A stretch of 53,993 nucleotides of DNA. It comes from Candidatus Uhrbacteria bacterium (lineage in GTDB: Bacteria; Patescibacteriota; Patescibacteriia; JACPHY01). Each line of letters begins with the position of its first letter. Position 1 is the stretch's first letter. Location of the stretch: contig JACPHY010000008.1 of assembly GCA_016188355.1 (NCBI GenBank), positions 1 to 53,993 of the forward strand, written 5' to 3'. The position numbers and the translations under genes are program-made. The notes under the pieces were generated by a model. The model had not been told where the DNA came from. It saw only the letters and a program-made list of their open reading frames with translations, and did not search any database. Below are positions 1 to 9,185 of this stretch, piece by piece.

Positions 1-408
1 GTATGGGCAGCCACCTGGCGCGCCCCGATGCTGCTCCAGACCGTCGATCCCTCGCAACCGGTCCTCCGCGCGTTGACCGGAGACGATGCGCATTTTTATA
101 AAGAAGAACTCGAAGAGCGCGCGGCACTGCAATATCCGCCCTCCGTGCGTCTCCTACGTTGCGATGCAGCGCAGCCCGCCGCAATGGAATCGTTTGACCG
201 CGTCCGACGCTTGCTCGAGGAGCGACACCATGGTACGATCACGTCTATTGACGGCCCATACGAATTTGGCGTCGTTCGTGGAAAGCGGGTGCTGAGCATC
301 ATCGTACGATTTCCCGAGTTGATTGCCATCGATCGTATCACTGCGGTCGTTGCCGATCTTCCGAAGGAGTGGCGGACGTACCTTGACCCGTTGACCCTCC
401 GCATGTAG
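1..408 (+). CDS. priA: Primosomal protein N' (C-terminal part; start lies upstream of the window)
   Basis: Frame open from base 1; FYKEELEERAALQYPP resembles the PriA C-terminal motif; priA-def-fmt order is widely conserved. Confidence 0.7.
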   Translation, partial: VWAATWRAPMLLQTVDPSQPVLRALTGDDAHFYKEELEERAALQYPPSVRLLRCDAAQPAAMESFDRVRRLLEERHHGTITSIDGPYEFGVVRGKRVLSIIVRFPELIAIDRITAVVADLPKEWRTYLDPLTLRM

Positions 409-415
409 TGCTCCT

Positions 416-952
416 ATGGCTCGTGTGCTTCCGGTCCTCACGAATCCTGATCGTCGACTGCGTGCGCGGTCGACGGAAGTGGATGCCACAACCCTCGCAC
501 GTCTCCGTGCGGATGGCGTCTTTGACGATCTCATCGCGACCATGCGCGCAGAGGACGGCGTGGGCATTGCCGCCCCGCAGGTAGGTATCGGATCGCGGGT
601 TATCATCGTCCTCGATGGCAAAACGCCACGCGTGTTCGTGAATCCCGAGATTACTAGCCGATCCTTACGTACCGCGGTGGATACGGAGGGCTGCCTTTCC
701 GTACCAGGAGTCGTCGGCCTTGTCTCCCGATCCCGGGCGGTGACGCTCCGCGCGCAAGATGCGCAGGGACGTCCAGTGGAGCGCAAATGCCGCGATCTGG
801 TGGCCCGTATTGTGCAGCATGAAATTGATCACCTGGATGGCATCCTCTTCATCGACCGGGCTATTCGCACTGCGGAGCTTCCTCCGCTGGAGGAAAATGA
901 ACGCAATGCCGCTGCATCGAAGGCGCGAAAGAGCGAAGACGTGGTGCTGTAG
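416..952 (+). CDS. def: Peptide deformylase
   Basis: GVGIAAPQVG, EGCLS and QHEIDHLDG motifs. Confidence 0.97.
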   Translation: MARVLPVLTNPDRRLRARSTEVDATTLARLRADGVFDDLIATMRAEDGVGIAAPQVGIGSRVIIVLDGKTPRVFVNPEITSRSLRTAVDTEGCLSVPGVVGLVSRSRAVTLRAQDAQGRPVERKCRDLVARIVQHEIDHLDGILFIDRAIRTAELPPLEENERNAAASKARKSEDVVL

Positions 953-976
953 TGGCTGCTGTTCAAACGCTAAAAT

Positions 977-1915
977 TTGCCTGTGGCAATCACCTGCATT
1001 TTACTGGCGACTCCGGAATTCGCGATTCCGACCGCTCAAGCGCTCCTCCAATCCCCGGCAGTGACATTGATTGGCGTACTCACGCGGCCCGATGAACCGG
1101 TTGGACGGAAACAAGTGCGCACTCCCCCGCCGATGGCCGTATGGGCAACGGAGCATCAGCTCTCCCTTCGGCAGCCGCAAGCGAAAGGAGAGCTCGCCGC
1201 AGTCATGCGCGAGTTGCAGCCAGACGTTGCGGTGGTTGTTGCGTATGGCAAATTGATTCCTCCCGATGCGCTTGCGGTCCCCCGTTTCGGCTATGTTAAT
1301 GTGCATCCGTCCCTCCTCCCAAAGTATCGAGGACCGTCACCCATGCACGCGGCAATTGCCAATGGGGACACGGAGACCGGAATCTCCATTATGTGTCTGG
1401 ATGCGGAGATGGACCACGGGCCGATTCTCGCGCAACAGGTCGTTCCGCTGACGGATACCATGACGCGCTTGCAGCTTGAGCGTCTCCTGGCGACGTGCGG
1501 CGCTGAACTGCTCCTGCGCACGCTCCCTGCATATGTCAATGGTCAGTGCACGCCGATGTCGCAAGATGATGCCCGAGCAACGTATTGTAAGCTCCTCACG
1601 CGAGCGGACGGCCAACTGGATTGGCGAGTACCCGCTACGTCCATCGAGCGAAAGGTGCGCGCATATGAAGGATGGCCAGGAACGTGGTGCTTGGCGCCGA
1701 ACGGGAAGCGCCTCAAGATCCTCCGTCTCCGTATGGGAACCGCCACACGGGAAGCGCCCGGTACGCTGGTGATGGATGACGCGTCGATCGCGGTCGCCGC
1801 AGGAGATGGACGGTCACTTTGGTTGGACCTCGTACAGCCAGAAGGTGGTGTCGTTATGGAGGGCGTCGCATTTGCTCGCGGACTTCATCGAACGGATGTG
1901 TTGCGGCTGATGTAG
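977..1915 (+). CDS. fmt: Methionyl-tRNA formyltransferase
   Basis: TPEFA, NVHPSLLPKYRGPSP, MDHGPI motifs; follows def; start TTG 977 or GTG 983. Confidence 0.95.
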   Translation: MPVAITCILLATPEFAIPTAQALLQSPAVTLIGVLTRPDEPVGRKQVRTPPPMAVWATEHQLSLRQPQAKGELAAVMRELQPDVAVVVAYGKLIPPDALAVPRFGYVNVHPSLLPKYRGPSPMHAAIANGDTETGISIMCLDAEMDHGPILAQQVVPLTDTMTRLQLERLLATCGAELLLRTLPAYVNGQCTPMSQDDARATYCKLLTRADGQLDWRVPATSIERKVRAYEGWPGTWCLAPNGKRLKILRLRMGTATREAPGTLVMDDASIAVAAGDGRSLWLDLVQPEGGVVMEGVAFARGLHRTDVLRLM

Positions 1916-1999
1916 GGCGTCGGTTTTGTGTGGGAAGTACCATTGCGCGCGATCGTAGGTTGCTTACGCTAGTTCCAGAAGCATGTCGGGAGGATGACG

Positions 2000-2683
2000 A
2001 TGCACATTCCCATTCAGAAGTTGTTTTCGGACGCAAAGATCCCCGTACGCGCGAGTGCGGGTGCAGTGGGATACGACGTTTATGCGTATCACGTGATCGA
2101 TAAGCAAACCCGTGCTTCGGCGGGCGCGCTGCCGGTGACCATTCCGCCGCATGGGAGCGTGCTCCTGGGCATAGGCGTGGCATTCGTGGTACCACCGGAA
2201 TACGACTGCCAGGTGCGTCCCCGTTCCGGGCTCGCGTCGAAGCACGATATCGAGCTCTCCAATTCCCCGGGGACGGTGGACCCGGACTACCGCGGCGAGG
2301 CGAGCGTGCTCCTCCGGAACCGCGGCGACCAACCGTTTGTCGTGGAAAAAGGCATGCGCGTGGCGCAGCTCGTGTTCACGAAGGTGGAACTGCCCGCGTT
2401 CACGGAAACGGACACCCTGCCGCCGACCGTCCGCGATACGGGCGGATTTGGATCGACAGGACTCTTTGAGGTGTCCGTATCGGAAATGCATCAGCTGAAG
2501 CGGTTTCGGTGGTGGAACAGCCCAGCCCTGGTGGCGAGTTTTGTGTTTCTGGCTTGGATTTCTATTGAATATGCACGCGAACACCCCGAGCATTTTCCGT
2601 TTGCGATGGGGCTCGCGCTTGCGGCGACCATTCCGGCCGTGATCCTTATCCTGGCTATGATTCGTCTCTCAAGAACCCGATAG
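2000..2683 (+). CDS. dut: dUTPase with a C-terminal hydrophobic two-helix extension
   Basis: GYDV, RPRSGLA, GTVDPDYRGE, RVAQLV, RDTGGFGSTG motifs; SD GGAGG 1989-1993 favours ATG 2000 over 1994. Confidence 0.92.
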   Translation: MHIPIQKLFSDAKIPVRASAGAVGYDVYAYHVIDKQTRASAGALPVTIPPHGSVLLGIGVAFVVPPEYDCQVRPRSGLASKHDIELSNSPGTVDPDYRGEASVLLRNRGDQPFVVEKGMRVAQLVFTKVELPAFTETDTLPPTVRDTGGFGSTGLFEVSVSEMHQLKRFRWWNSPALVASFVFLAWISIEYAREHPEHFPFAMGLALAATIPAVILILAMIRLSRTR

Positions 2684-4156
2684 AACACCGACAGCCGCCC
2701 CGGCTGTCGGTGTTTTCTCCGTAGAAGCTACCATTGCGGTTGCAAGGAGGATCGCGCCGATACCGAGCGGGTGGTTGAAATATGGACTCACCATGTGGAC
2801 GATCGCGATTCCCGCGATTCCGTAACCAAATGCGGCGGTGTCAGCCCGGGCGCGCCGCGTTGCCTCGATCATCATCACGAGGAACCAAAGCTCAATGAGC
2901 ACGCCAATGATTCCGCGTTCCAGTGCGTCATCGAGATATCCCCACTCCACAACGGACGTGGTGTATTTTCCATCGGGAAATGCAGCGAGCGTTCGGGGAT
3001 CCTTGGAGTCGTAGGTCACGGTTGCCCCAAAACCGTTCCCGAATATCGCGTGCTGAGCGATGGCGGCCCGAAGCGGAACGATTTCCTGCCAGCGATTGGC
3101 AATAGCGGGTTCCTGAGAGGTGAGCAATCGCGCGGTGAGCGTTGCGGAGAGCCCAGACGAAGTGATGCGCTGGGGGTATGGCAACCAGATGAGCATCGCA
3201 GCGAAGGCGATGCCACCGCAAGCCATTCCTCCGATGAGGGCGATGCGCGCCGAGCAGCGTGGAGCGGCATGCGTGCGGAGCCACTGGAAGGCGTAGTATC
3301 CGCATCCGGTGACACCGAGTCCGAGCAGGGCGAGCCAGAAGCTCCGGGAGAGGCTCACAATGAGCACGGCAATGCTCGCACCCGCCAGCATCGCTGGTGC
3401 CATGGCGTATCGAATCGACGCCACCCGCATGGCGCGGTATCCGGCCAGCAGGAGAACCGGAAACAAGAGCACCATGCTCGGAAAAAAGATTCGGGGAAAT
3501 CCGCCCGAAAAAAATGTAATCTCCCCGAGGCGCGTATCACGGATCCATCGGTAGAGCGGCAGCCATGCACCGCCGAGGTCGTGGGTAAAGACAAATATCA
3601 GCGCGTAGGTGCGCAGGAGGAGATACCCTGCGCCCATCAGGAGCGTTTGCAGGACCATTGACCGATCCCGTGCATTGATGGTGCCAAGCACTATTGCTGG
3701 CATGAGGAGGAAAAATGCCCATGCGTTTGCATCACGGTACACCTCGTTCCACGGGTGGCGGATCATGCCCAGAATTCCTGCAAGCAGCAACGAGAGGAAC
3801 AGCGCGCCTGCCGGGTATCGCAGTGGATGGGTCCGATATGTTTCCCAAAGTAAGGCGCGTATTGGTGTTTTCCGGAGATGCCAGAGCATCGCGCCGCATA
3901 CCGCGAGGAAGATGCCCATGCGGAGCGAGATCGAGTATCCGAAGAGCTCGATTGGTACTGCATGGCCGTGGCTGCCCCAGAGCAATTCCAGCACCACTGC
4001 CATAACGCCAAATCGCATCGTCTGCGCGGCAAGGACCGCAACCGCGCAGACGATGGCGATGCCGAGCGCCGTGCCCAATGGCGGGTTCCCCCACCCAATG
4101 ATTGAGGCGAGGTCGAAGGCGATGCCGGTCACGAGGATAGCGAGGGCGAAATGCAT
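2669..4156 (-). CDS. O-antigen ligase/polymerase-like multi-pass membrane protein
   Basis: Many TM segments; SLSRSFW and FGNGFG motifs typical of WaaL/Wzy-like proteins; next to glycosyltransferases and a flippase. Confidence 0.7.
   Translation of the reverse strand: MHFALAILVTGIAFDLASIIGWGNPPLGTALGIAIVCAVAVLAAQTMRFGVMAVVLELLWGSHGHAVPIELFGYSISLRMGIFLAVCGAMLWHLRKTPIRALLWETYRTHPLRYPAGALFLSLLLAGILGMIRHPWNEVYRDANAWAFFLLMPAIVLGTINARDRSMVLQTLLMGAGYLLLRTYALIFVFTHDLGGAWLPLYRWIRDTRLGEITFFSGGFPRIFFPSMVLLFPVLLLAGYRAMRVASIRYAMAPAMLAGASIAVLIVSLSRSFWLALLGLGVTGCGYYAFQWLRTHAAPRCSARIALIGGMACGGIAFAAMLIWLPYPQRITSSGLSATLTARLLTSQEPAIANRWQEIVPLRAAIAQHAIFGNGFGATVTYDSKDPRTLAAFPDGKYTTSVVEWGYLDDALERGIIGVLIELWFLVMMIEATRRARADTAAFGYGIAGIAIVHMVSPYFNHPLGIGAILLATAMVASTEKTPTAGAAVGVLSGS
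2684..2714 (+). terminator. Intrinsic terminator-like hairpin after dut
   Basis: AACACCGACAGCCG-CCC-CGGCTGTCGGTGTT directly after the stop codon. Confidence 0.7.
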
Positions 4157-4208
4157 GGAATGGAAGGGGTTCGATTATCGTACCAAATGCGGGGATGGGA
4201 GACGAATG

Positions 4209-4241
4209 CGAAGCGCCGCACCCTCAGGGTGCGGCGCTTCG
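4209..4241 (-). terminator. 15-bp perfect hairpin after the microgene
   Basis: CGAAGCGCCGCACCC-TCA-GGGTGCGGCGCTTCG. Confidence 0.65.
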
Positions 4242-4242
4242 G

Positions 4243-4323
4243 TTATTTCTCTTCCACGAGAGGCACATTGCATTTCGGGCAATTCCCCGACGTGCCGACG
4301 TACCCACATTTTGGACACTTCAT
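4243..4323 (-). CDS. 26-aa CxxC...CxxC zinc-knuckle microprotein
   Basis: MKCPKCGYVGTSGNCPKCNVPLVEEK; own promoter upstream and hairpin downstream. Confidence 0.65.
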   Translation of the reverse strand: MKCPKCGYVGTSGNCPKCNVPLVEEK

Positions 4324-4395
4324 ATGGGAGCTTCCGACGGGTAGTCCGTTCGTGAATGAAATACTGAGGCGCTGCGTGCGACCTTTGTGGTTGCC

Positions 4396-4424
4396 AGTAT
4401 GCGGACGATTCGTGTATTCGTCAA
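4396..4424 (-). promoter_or_regulatory. Sigma70-like promoter for the microgene
   Basis: TTGACG-17 nt-CATACT on the minus strand. Confidence 0.6.
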
Positions 4425-4453
4425 TATCGAAAACGTCAATATTGAGACATGTA

Positions 4454-5143
4454 TCATGTCGGCAGCCGGTGCTTCGCGACGATGCGCTTCCGTGCCTCTG
4501 CGTATGCGCGCGCATGTGTCCCCTGCCAGGGCAATCGATATACAAATGAAGGGAGCCAGCGGCTCATGGTTCCTCGTGTATGGGTGACGCGGAAGAGGGT
4601 GTCCGGGATGTAAATTCCTCCATGATGCTGTTCGAGCATGGTCAGCCAGAGGTCCCAATCCTGGAATCGAGGCAATGCAGGATCAAACCCCGGAAAGTGC
4701 GCGCGACGGATGAGCGCGGTGGTATGAATGTACGGCATGTTCCGGAGGCGATCGGGATCGAATGGGTAGCTGGAGAAGTACTTCCAGCCAAAACGGAACG
4801 CCGTGTACGCATAGGACGCGTCCGGATGAGTCCGGAGTGCTTCCTCCATGCGCGCGAGCGCCGTGGGAGCGAGCACGACATCCGCATCGCAGAACAAGAG
4901 GAACTCCGAGTCGGTGTTCGCGGCGCCGAAATTCCGTGCCGTCGGTGCTCCCGCGTGGGGCTGTCGAATGCAACGGATGGGAATGGGAGTGGCAACCGCG
5001 GGCAGTACCGTGGGAGGAGTATTGCCGTCATCCACCACCACCACCTCGATGTCGCGATACGTTTGCCGCGCAATGCTGGTGAGGCATCGGGGGAGCGATG
5101 TTGATGATCCGTAGATGGGAACGACCACGGCAATGCGTGCCAT
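4454..5143 (-). CDS. Glycosyltransferase family 2
   Basis: VVVPIY, VVDDG, ARNFG, FCDAD, QDWDLW motifs. Confidence 0.92.
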   Translation of the reverse strand: MARIAVVVPIYGSSTSLPRCLTSIARQTYRDIEVVVVDDGNTPPTVLPAVATPIPIRCIRQPHAGAPTARNFGAANTDSEFLLFCDADVVLAPTALARMEEALRTHPDASYAYTAFRFGWKYFSSYPFDPDRLRNMPYIHTTALIRRAHFPGFDPALPRFQDWDLWLTMLEQHHGGIYIPDTLFRVTHTRGTMSRWLPSFVYRLPWQGTHARAYAEARKRIVAKHRLPT

Positions 5144-5144
5144 A

Positions 5145-6194
5145 TTACGAGAGGAGCTCGCGTACGTCTCCGCGAAATCGCGCTAACGTAAAATGCTCTC
5201 GGACACGCGTTCGTCCTGCGCGACCGAGGGCGTCCCCGCGTTCAGGATGCTGTGCGATATCGAATAGCGCTTGTGCGGCAGCGAATGGGTCATCAGGCGC
5301 AACGAGTATGCCGGTCACTCCATCCAGCACTGCATCCGGCACTCCCCCGCTCCGTGCGCCAATGACGGGCTTTCCAAATGCGCCCGCTTCAAGATACACA
5401 ATACCGAATCCCTCTACATCCCCATCCGGAAGTTCCCGCGGCAGCATCGCGAATACGTCGCATGCTGCATACCACGCGGCAATGGTGGCATCGGATGCAT
5501 GGGGAATCCATCGGACGTCCACCTGCAGTTGCTCCGCCTGCAGCGTGAGCGCTTCCCGTTCTGGGCCATCGCCGAGAATGGCGAGCGTCGGTTTTCGGTC
5601 GAGCGCGTGCAACCGGGAGAGCTCCGCAATTGCCTGGATGAGTACATCGAACCCCTTTCGGCGTACGAGACGGCCTACCGTACAGACGAGAAATCGTTCC
5701 TGGAGCTGGTGGGTATCGCGCACCTGCGCTCCGCGATCGGATGGATACGCTTCCGGAGTAATGCCTACGGGGGGATGGATGATGCGGATTTGTGTGGCGT
5801 CTGCCCCTGCCCGGACCGCACGTTCCGCGGTGTGCGCACTATTCACGACGACGTGCGCCGCCCCACGGAGCACGCGGCGGAGTACGATTCGTTTTCGGAA
5901 GTACTGTTGTGCGCGTCCCAGATCCAGCCCATGGCAAATAACCGTGTACGGGATGCCAGTCCAATAGCGGTGGAGCATCGCCACGGTGCCGATGGGAAGC
6001 GGCTCACTCGTCCAGACGCGCTGCACGCCATTGCGCGCGTGTCGACGCAGTGCGGGGAGAAGGCGCAGCCAATGCATGCAACGATCCGCAACGAATACCG
6101 TACACTCGGGAGCAAGTGCATCGACGAGTGCGTGGTGGTAGCGAGCGATCCCGCCATGTTGCGGCGGAAAGTCGTAGGTGCAGAGGAGATTCAT
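5145..6194 (-). CDS. Glycosyltransferase family 4 (GT-B)
   Basis: FPPQHGGI, VGRLVRRKG, EGFGIVYLEA motifs. Confidence 0.92.
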   Translation of the reverse strand: MNLLCTYDFPPQHGGIARYHHALVDALAPECTVFVADRCMHWLRLLPALRRHARNGVQRVWTSEPLPIGTVAMLHRYWTGIPYTVICHGLDLGRAQQYFRKRIVLRRVLRGAAHVVVNSAHTAERAVRAGADATQIRIIHPPVGITPEAYPSDRGAQVRDTHQLQERFLVCTVGRLVRRKGFDVLIQAIAELSRLHALDRKPTLAILGDGPEREALTLQAEQLQVDVRWIPHASDATIAAWYAACDVFAMLPRELPDGDVEGFGIVYLEAGAFGKPVIGARSGGVPDAVLDGVTGILVAPDDPFAAAQALFDIAQHPERGDALGRAGRTRVREHFTLARFRGDVRELLS

Positions 6195-7726
6195 GTGGGC
6201 ACGGATGCGGAGGTCGTGGGAAGTGCGCCTGGGTGTCGTTGAAAGGCGTTGCGCAAGGTGCGGAGATCGGTCATGCGAACGCCGCGGGTCACGAAGAGGC
6301 CCGCACTGTAGACGAGCGCTCCGATCACGATACGTACGGGGAGCGTGCCAATCGGCAACAGGAGAATAGCCGCGATCATGCAGGTTGCTGCAGCACCAAT
6401 GCGGATCGCTGCATCCACAATGGTGGCAATTCGATAGTGCACGGCGCGGCGAAGGACCACGAGATTCATGATGAACAACACTACACTGGATCCGGTTGCC
6501 GCGATCGCCGCCCCTGTCGCGCCGAACGATGGAATGAGGAGCAGGTTTGCCGCGACATTCAACACCGTGGCTGCGGCGATGAGGCCCGTGTTCCAGGATT
6601 GCCGATCACAGGCGTTGAGGAGGTATCCTGCAGGAAAATTCGCGAAGATGCACGGCAACGCGGCAATGAGCACGATCAGCGGAACGACCGACGGGAGAAA
6701 TGCGGGTCCGTACACAAAAAGAACGATTTCCTCCGCGAGTACCCCAATGCCCGCGGCAATGGGAATCGCGATGAGGAGAAGGACGCGCACCGATTGTTCG
6801 AATAAAACACCTACCTGCGCACGATCGCGTACCGCAACCGCACTCATGGCCGGGTAGAGCGCTCCGATAAGCGCGAGGGGGATGAATTGGAATGCGAACG
6901 CGATTTTAAAGGGGGTGCCATAATACCCAATCACCTCCTCGCTCTGGAGGAGCGAGAGGAGAAAGGTGTCGCTGTAGGTATAGAGACGCGCGAGTCCTGC
7001 GGTGATCGCAAAGGGTGTCGCCATCCGAAGCAGGAGCAGGAGCTGTGCTTTCGTGCACGAGAGCCGCGGCGCGGGAATGCGCTCTCGCATCCACCCGACG
7101 ATGCCCGCGAGAATATTGGTGAGGCTCGTGAGGATGTACGGTACGAGGAGTAAGACCGGATGCACCTCGCGCCGCGCGGCGAGCCGGATGGGTGCCCATG
7201 AGATCACCTGGACGTCCCCGACAACCCAAATCATGATGACGCCGCTCACCGTGAGCATGATTTGACCAAGGACCACTCCGACGGCTTCGTAATGTACCCG
7301 TTGGAGCCCGCGTAATGCCGCGTAGAGGCCCTGGTGCACGGAATCGAACACCATCGCCGCAATCGCCACAAAGATCATCTGTTGCGTGGAGATGGGATAT
7401 CCTGCCGCCGCCGCAATTACCGTGGCCATCGTCGCAGCGATTCCTGCGCCAATGCACTTGATGGCCGTGGCGGCAGCGAGCAGCGACGTTCCCGCTTCAC
7501 GGCTCTTTGCGAATTCACGGGTGATCGTGGGCGCAATCCCCCAGTCCGCAATGATCGCAAAGAGTGTCGTGAAGGTGAGCGCAAAAAAGTACTTCCCCGT
7601 TCCGCTGACGCCAAACACCATGGCAATGATCGTAAAATACACAAACGAGATCAGCTTCTGGAGAAGTGATCCCGCAGTAAACCATGCCGTATTCCGCGCG
7701 ACGCGCTGGGTGAGTGGGGTGCTCAT
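6191..7726 (-). CDS. Polysaccharide flippase (Wzx/MOP family)
   Basis: About 12-14 TM segments; RVARNT...GKYFFA...DWG and LIPSFGATGAAIA patterns; start placed at MSTPLTQ. Confidence 0.85.
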   Translation of the reverse strand: MSTPLTQRVARNTAWFTAGSLLQKLISFVYFTIIAMVFGVSGTGKYFFALTFTTLFAIIADWGIAPTITREFAKSREAGTSLLAAATAIKCIGAGIAATMATVIAAAAGYPISTQQMIFVAIAAMVFDSVHQGLYAALRGLQRVHYEAVGVVLGQIMLTVSGVIMIWVVGDVQVISWAPIRLAARREVHPVLLLVPYILTSLTNILAGIVGWMRERIPAPRLSCTKAQLLLLLRMATPFAITAGLARLYTYSDTFLLSLLQSEEVIGYYGTPFKIAFAFQFIPLALIGALYPAMSAVAVRDRAQVGVLFEQSVRVLLLIAIPIAAGIGVLAEEIVLFVYGPAFLPSVVPLIVLIAALPCIFANFPAGYLLNACDRQSWNTGLIAAATVLNVAANLLLIPSFGATGAAIAATGSSVVLFIMNLVVLRRAVHYRIATIVDAAIRIGAAATCMIAAILLLPIGTLPVRIVIGALVYSAGLFVTRGVRMTDLRTLRNAFQRHPGALPTTSASVPT

Positions 7727-7994
7727 GTGGATACCGTACTCCGTTTGCACGGTACCCGGATAGCGGTGTCTTCGCAACCTATCGTGCTAGTCGTCCCCTA
7801 CTCGACTTTGAATATACGAAAGCGCAATGAAGGAGATCGGTAGTACGATCATCCAGGGATGCACAATAATACTGAAATCGAACTCCGGCATAGATACTTG
7901 CAGGGATGTTGCGGATGCACCGCACGTGCGAGAACGCACAGAATATGAACGATATCACGCATCGCGTGAGCGTCAACGATGTGGATATCATGCA

Positions 7995-8030
7995 ACAAGG
8001 ATCCTCCCAAGCAGTTGGGAGGATCCTTGT
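7995..8030 (-). terminator. Terminator hairpin of the ribosomal protein operon
   Basis: 16-bp perfect stem ACAAGGATCCTCCCAA-GCAG-TTGGGAGGATCCTTGT just past the rpsI stop. Confidence 0.7.
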
Positions 8031-8045
8031 GCGAGCTGCCCCGTT

Positions 8046-8462
8046 CTACCGCTTTGCCCACTGCGGTGCGCGACGGGCGCGCTTGAGACCGGGCTTCTTC
8101 CGCTCCTTGACGCGCGGGTCACGGGTGAGGAAACCGACCTTACGAAGTGCACGGCGGAACGTGGGGTTGAGGAGGCAGAGGGCGCGAGCCGTACCGAGGC
8201 GGAGGGCTTCCGCCTGTGCGTTATTGCCGCCACCTCTCACCAGTGCCTCGATATCGATCTTGTCGGCCTGGCCAACCGCATCGAGCGCTGCATGACATGC
8301 CGTCCGTGCGGCCACAGTGGTAAAATATGCATCCACGGGTTTTGCGTTCACGGTAATTTTTCCGGAACCGTTTTTGTGTAAACGAATGCGCGCGATCGCG
8401 GACTTCCGTCGTCCGACCGCCTGGAGGTACATTGCTTCGGTTGTCGCGGTGGTCGTCGCCAT
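8046..8462 (-). CDS. rpsI: 30S ribosomal protein S9
   Basis: GRRKSAIAR and TRDPRVKERKKPGLKRARRAPQWAKR. Confidence 0.98.
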   Translation of the reverse strand: MATTTATTEAMYLQAVGRRKSAIARIRLHKNGSGKITVNAKPVDAYFTTVAARTACHAALDAVGQADKIDIEALVRGGGNNAQAEALRLGTARALCLLNPTFRRALRKVGFLTRDPRVKERKKPGLKRARRAPQWAKR

Positions 8463-8464
8463 AC

Positions 8465-8824
8465 CTAGAAATCCACACGGAGTCGTTTGATGATTTGTGC
8501 CCGGAGGCGATTCACCGGAAGCATGTTGTAGACCGCGTCACGGAGTACGTCATCCGGATGTCGTTCCCAGCGCTCTCGGAGTGTCTGCGTCTTGAGGTTA
8601 CCGGGATACGAGGAGGAGCGATAGTATTTTTTATCGGTCATTTTTTTGCCAGTCCATCGGACCGCACGAAGGTTGACGACGTGCACAAAATCGCCGGCAT
8701 CAATATGCGGAGTGAACGTGGGCTTCTGTTTCCCGCGGAGCAGCAGAACAATCGAAGTCGCGAGTCGTCCGAATGTCTTTCCATCTGCATCGATGGTGTG
8801 TTGTTGTCGTTCCGGTGCCTGCAT
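8465..8824 (-). CDS. rplM: 50S ribosomal protein L13 (short form)
   Basis: IDADGKTFGRLA, LRGKQKPTFTPHIDAGDFV, AVYNMLP. Confidence 0.97.
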   Translation of the reverse strand: MQAPERQQHTIDADGKTFGRLATSIVLLLRGKQKPTFTPHIDAGDFVHVVNLRAVRWTGKKMTDKKYYRSSSYPGNLKTQTLRERWERHPDDVLRDAVYNMLPVNRLRAQIIKRLRVDF

Positions 8825-8828
8825 ACGC

Positions 8829-9182
8829 TTACGGGACGAGTTCGAGGAGTACTTCTGGCGCAGCGTCGCCCGCCCGATGGCCAAGCTTCACCACGCGGGT
8901 GTATCCGCCCGATCGTGTTTGATATCGAGGACCAATAACTTCGAGGAGTTTTGCCGTTGCCCGAGGATCCGCGAGCGTGGCGAGCAGCTGGCGGCGCGTC
9001 GTGAGCGTGTTCGTCTTCCCCAAGGTGATGCAGCGCTCTACGAGCGGCTGGACCGCCTTCGCTTTAGCGGCGGTGGTACGGATGTGTTCGCGCAGCACCA
9101 TGTTCACCACCAGCGTGCGGAGCAGCTGGCGGCGCACTCCTGAGGTTCGATCCAGTTTTACCGATTTTTTACGATGCCGCAT
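8829..9182 (-). CDS. rplQ: 50S ribosomal protein L17
   Basis: MRHRK...IRTTAAKAK...RSGGYTRV. Confidence 0.98.
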   Translation of the reverse strand: MRHRKKSVKLDRTSGVRRQLLRTLVVNMVLREHIRTTAAKAKAVQPLVERCITLGKTNTLTTRRQLLATLADPRATAKLLEVIGPRYQTRSGGYTRVVKLGHRAGDAAPEVLLELVP

Positions 9183-9185
9183 ATC

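Noticed and set aside
7779-7991. Small ORFs between the flippase and rpsI
   Set aside because: No motif, start context or terminator support for any frame.
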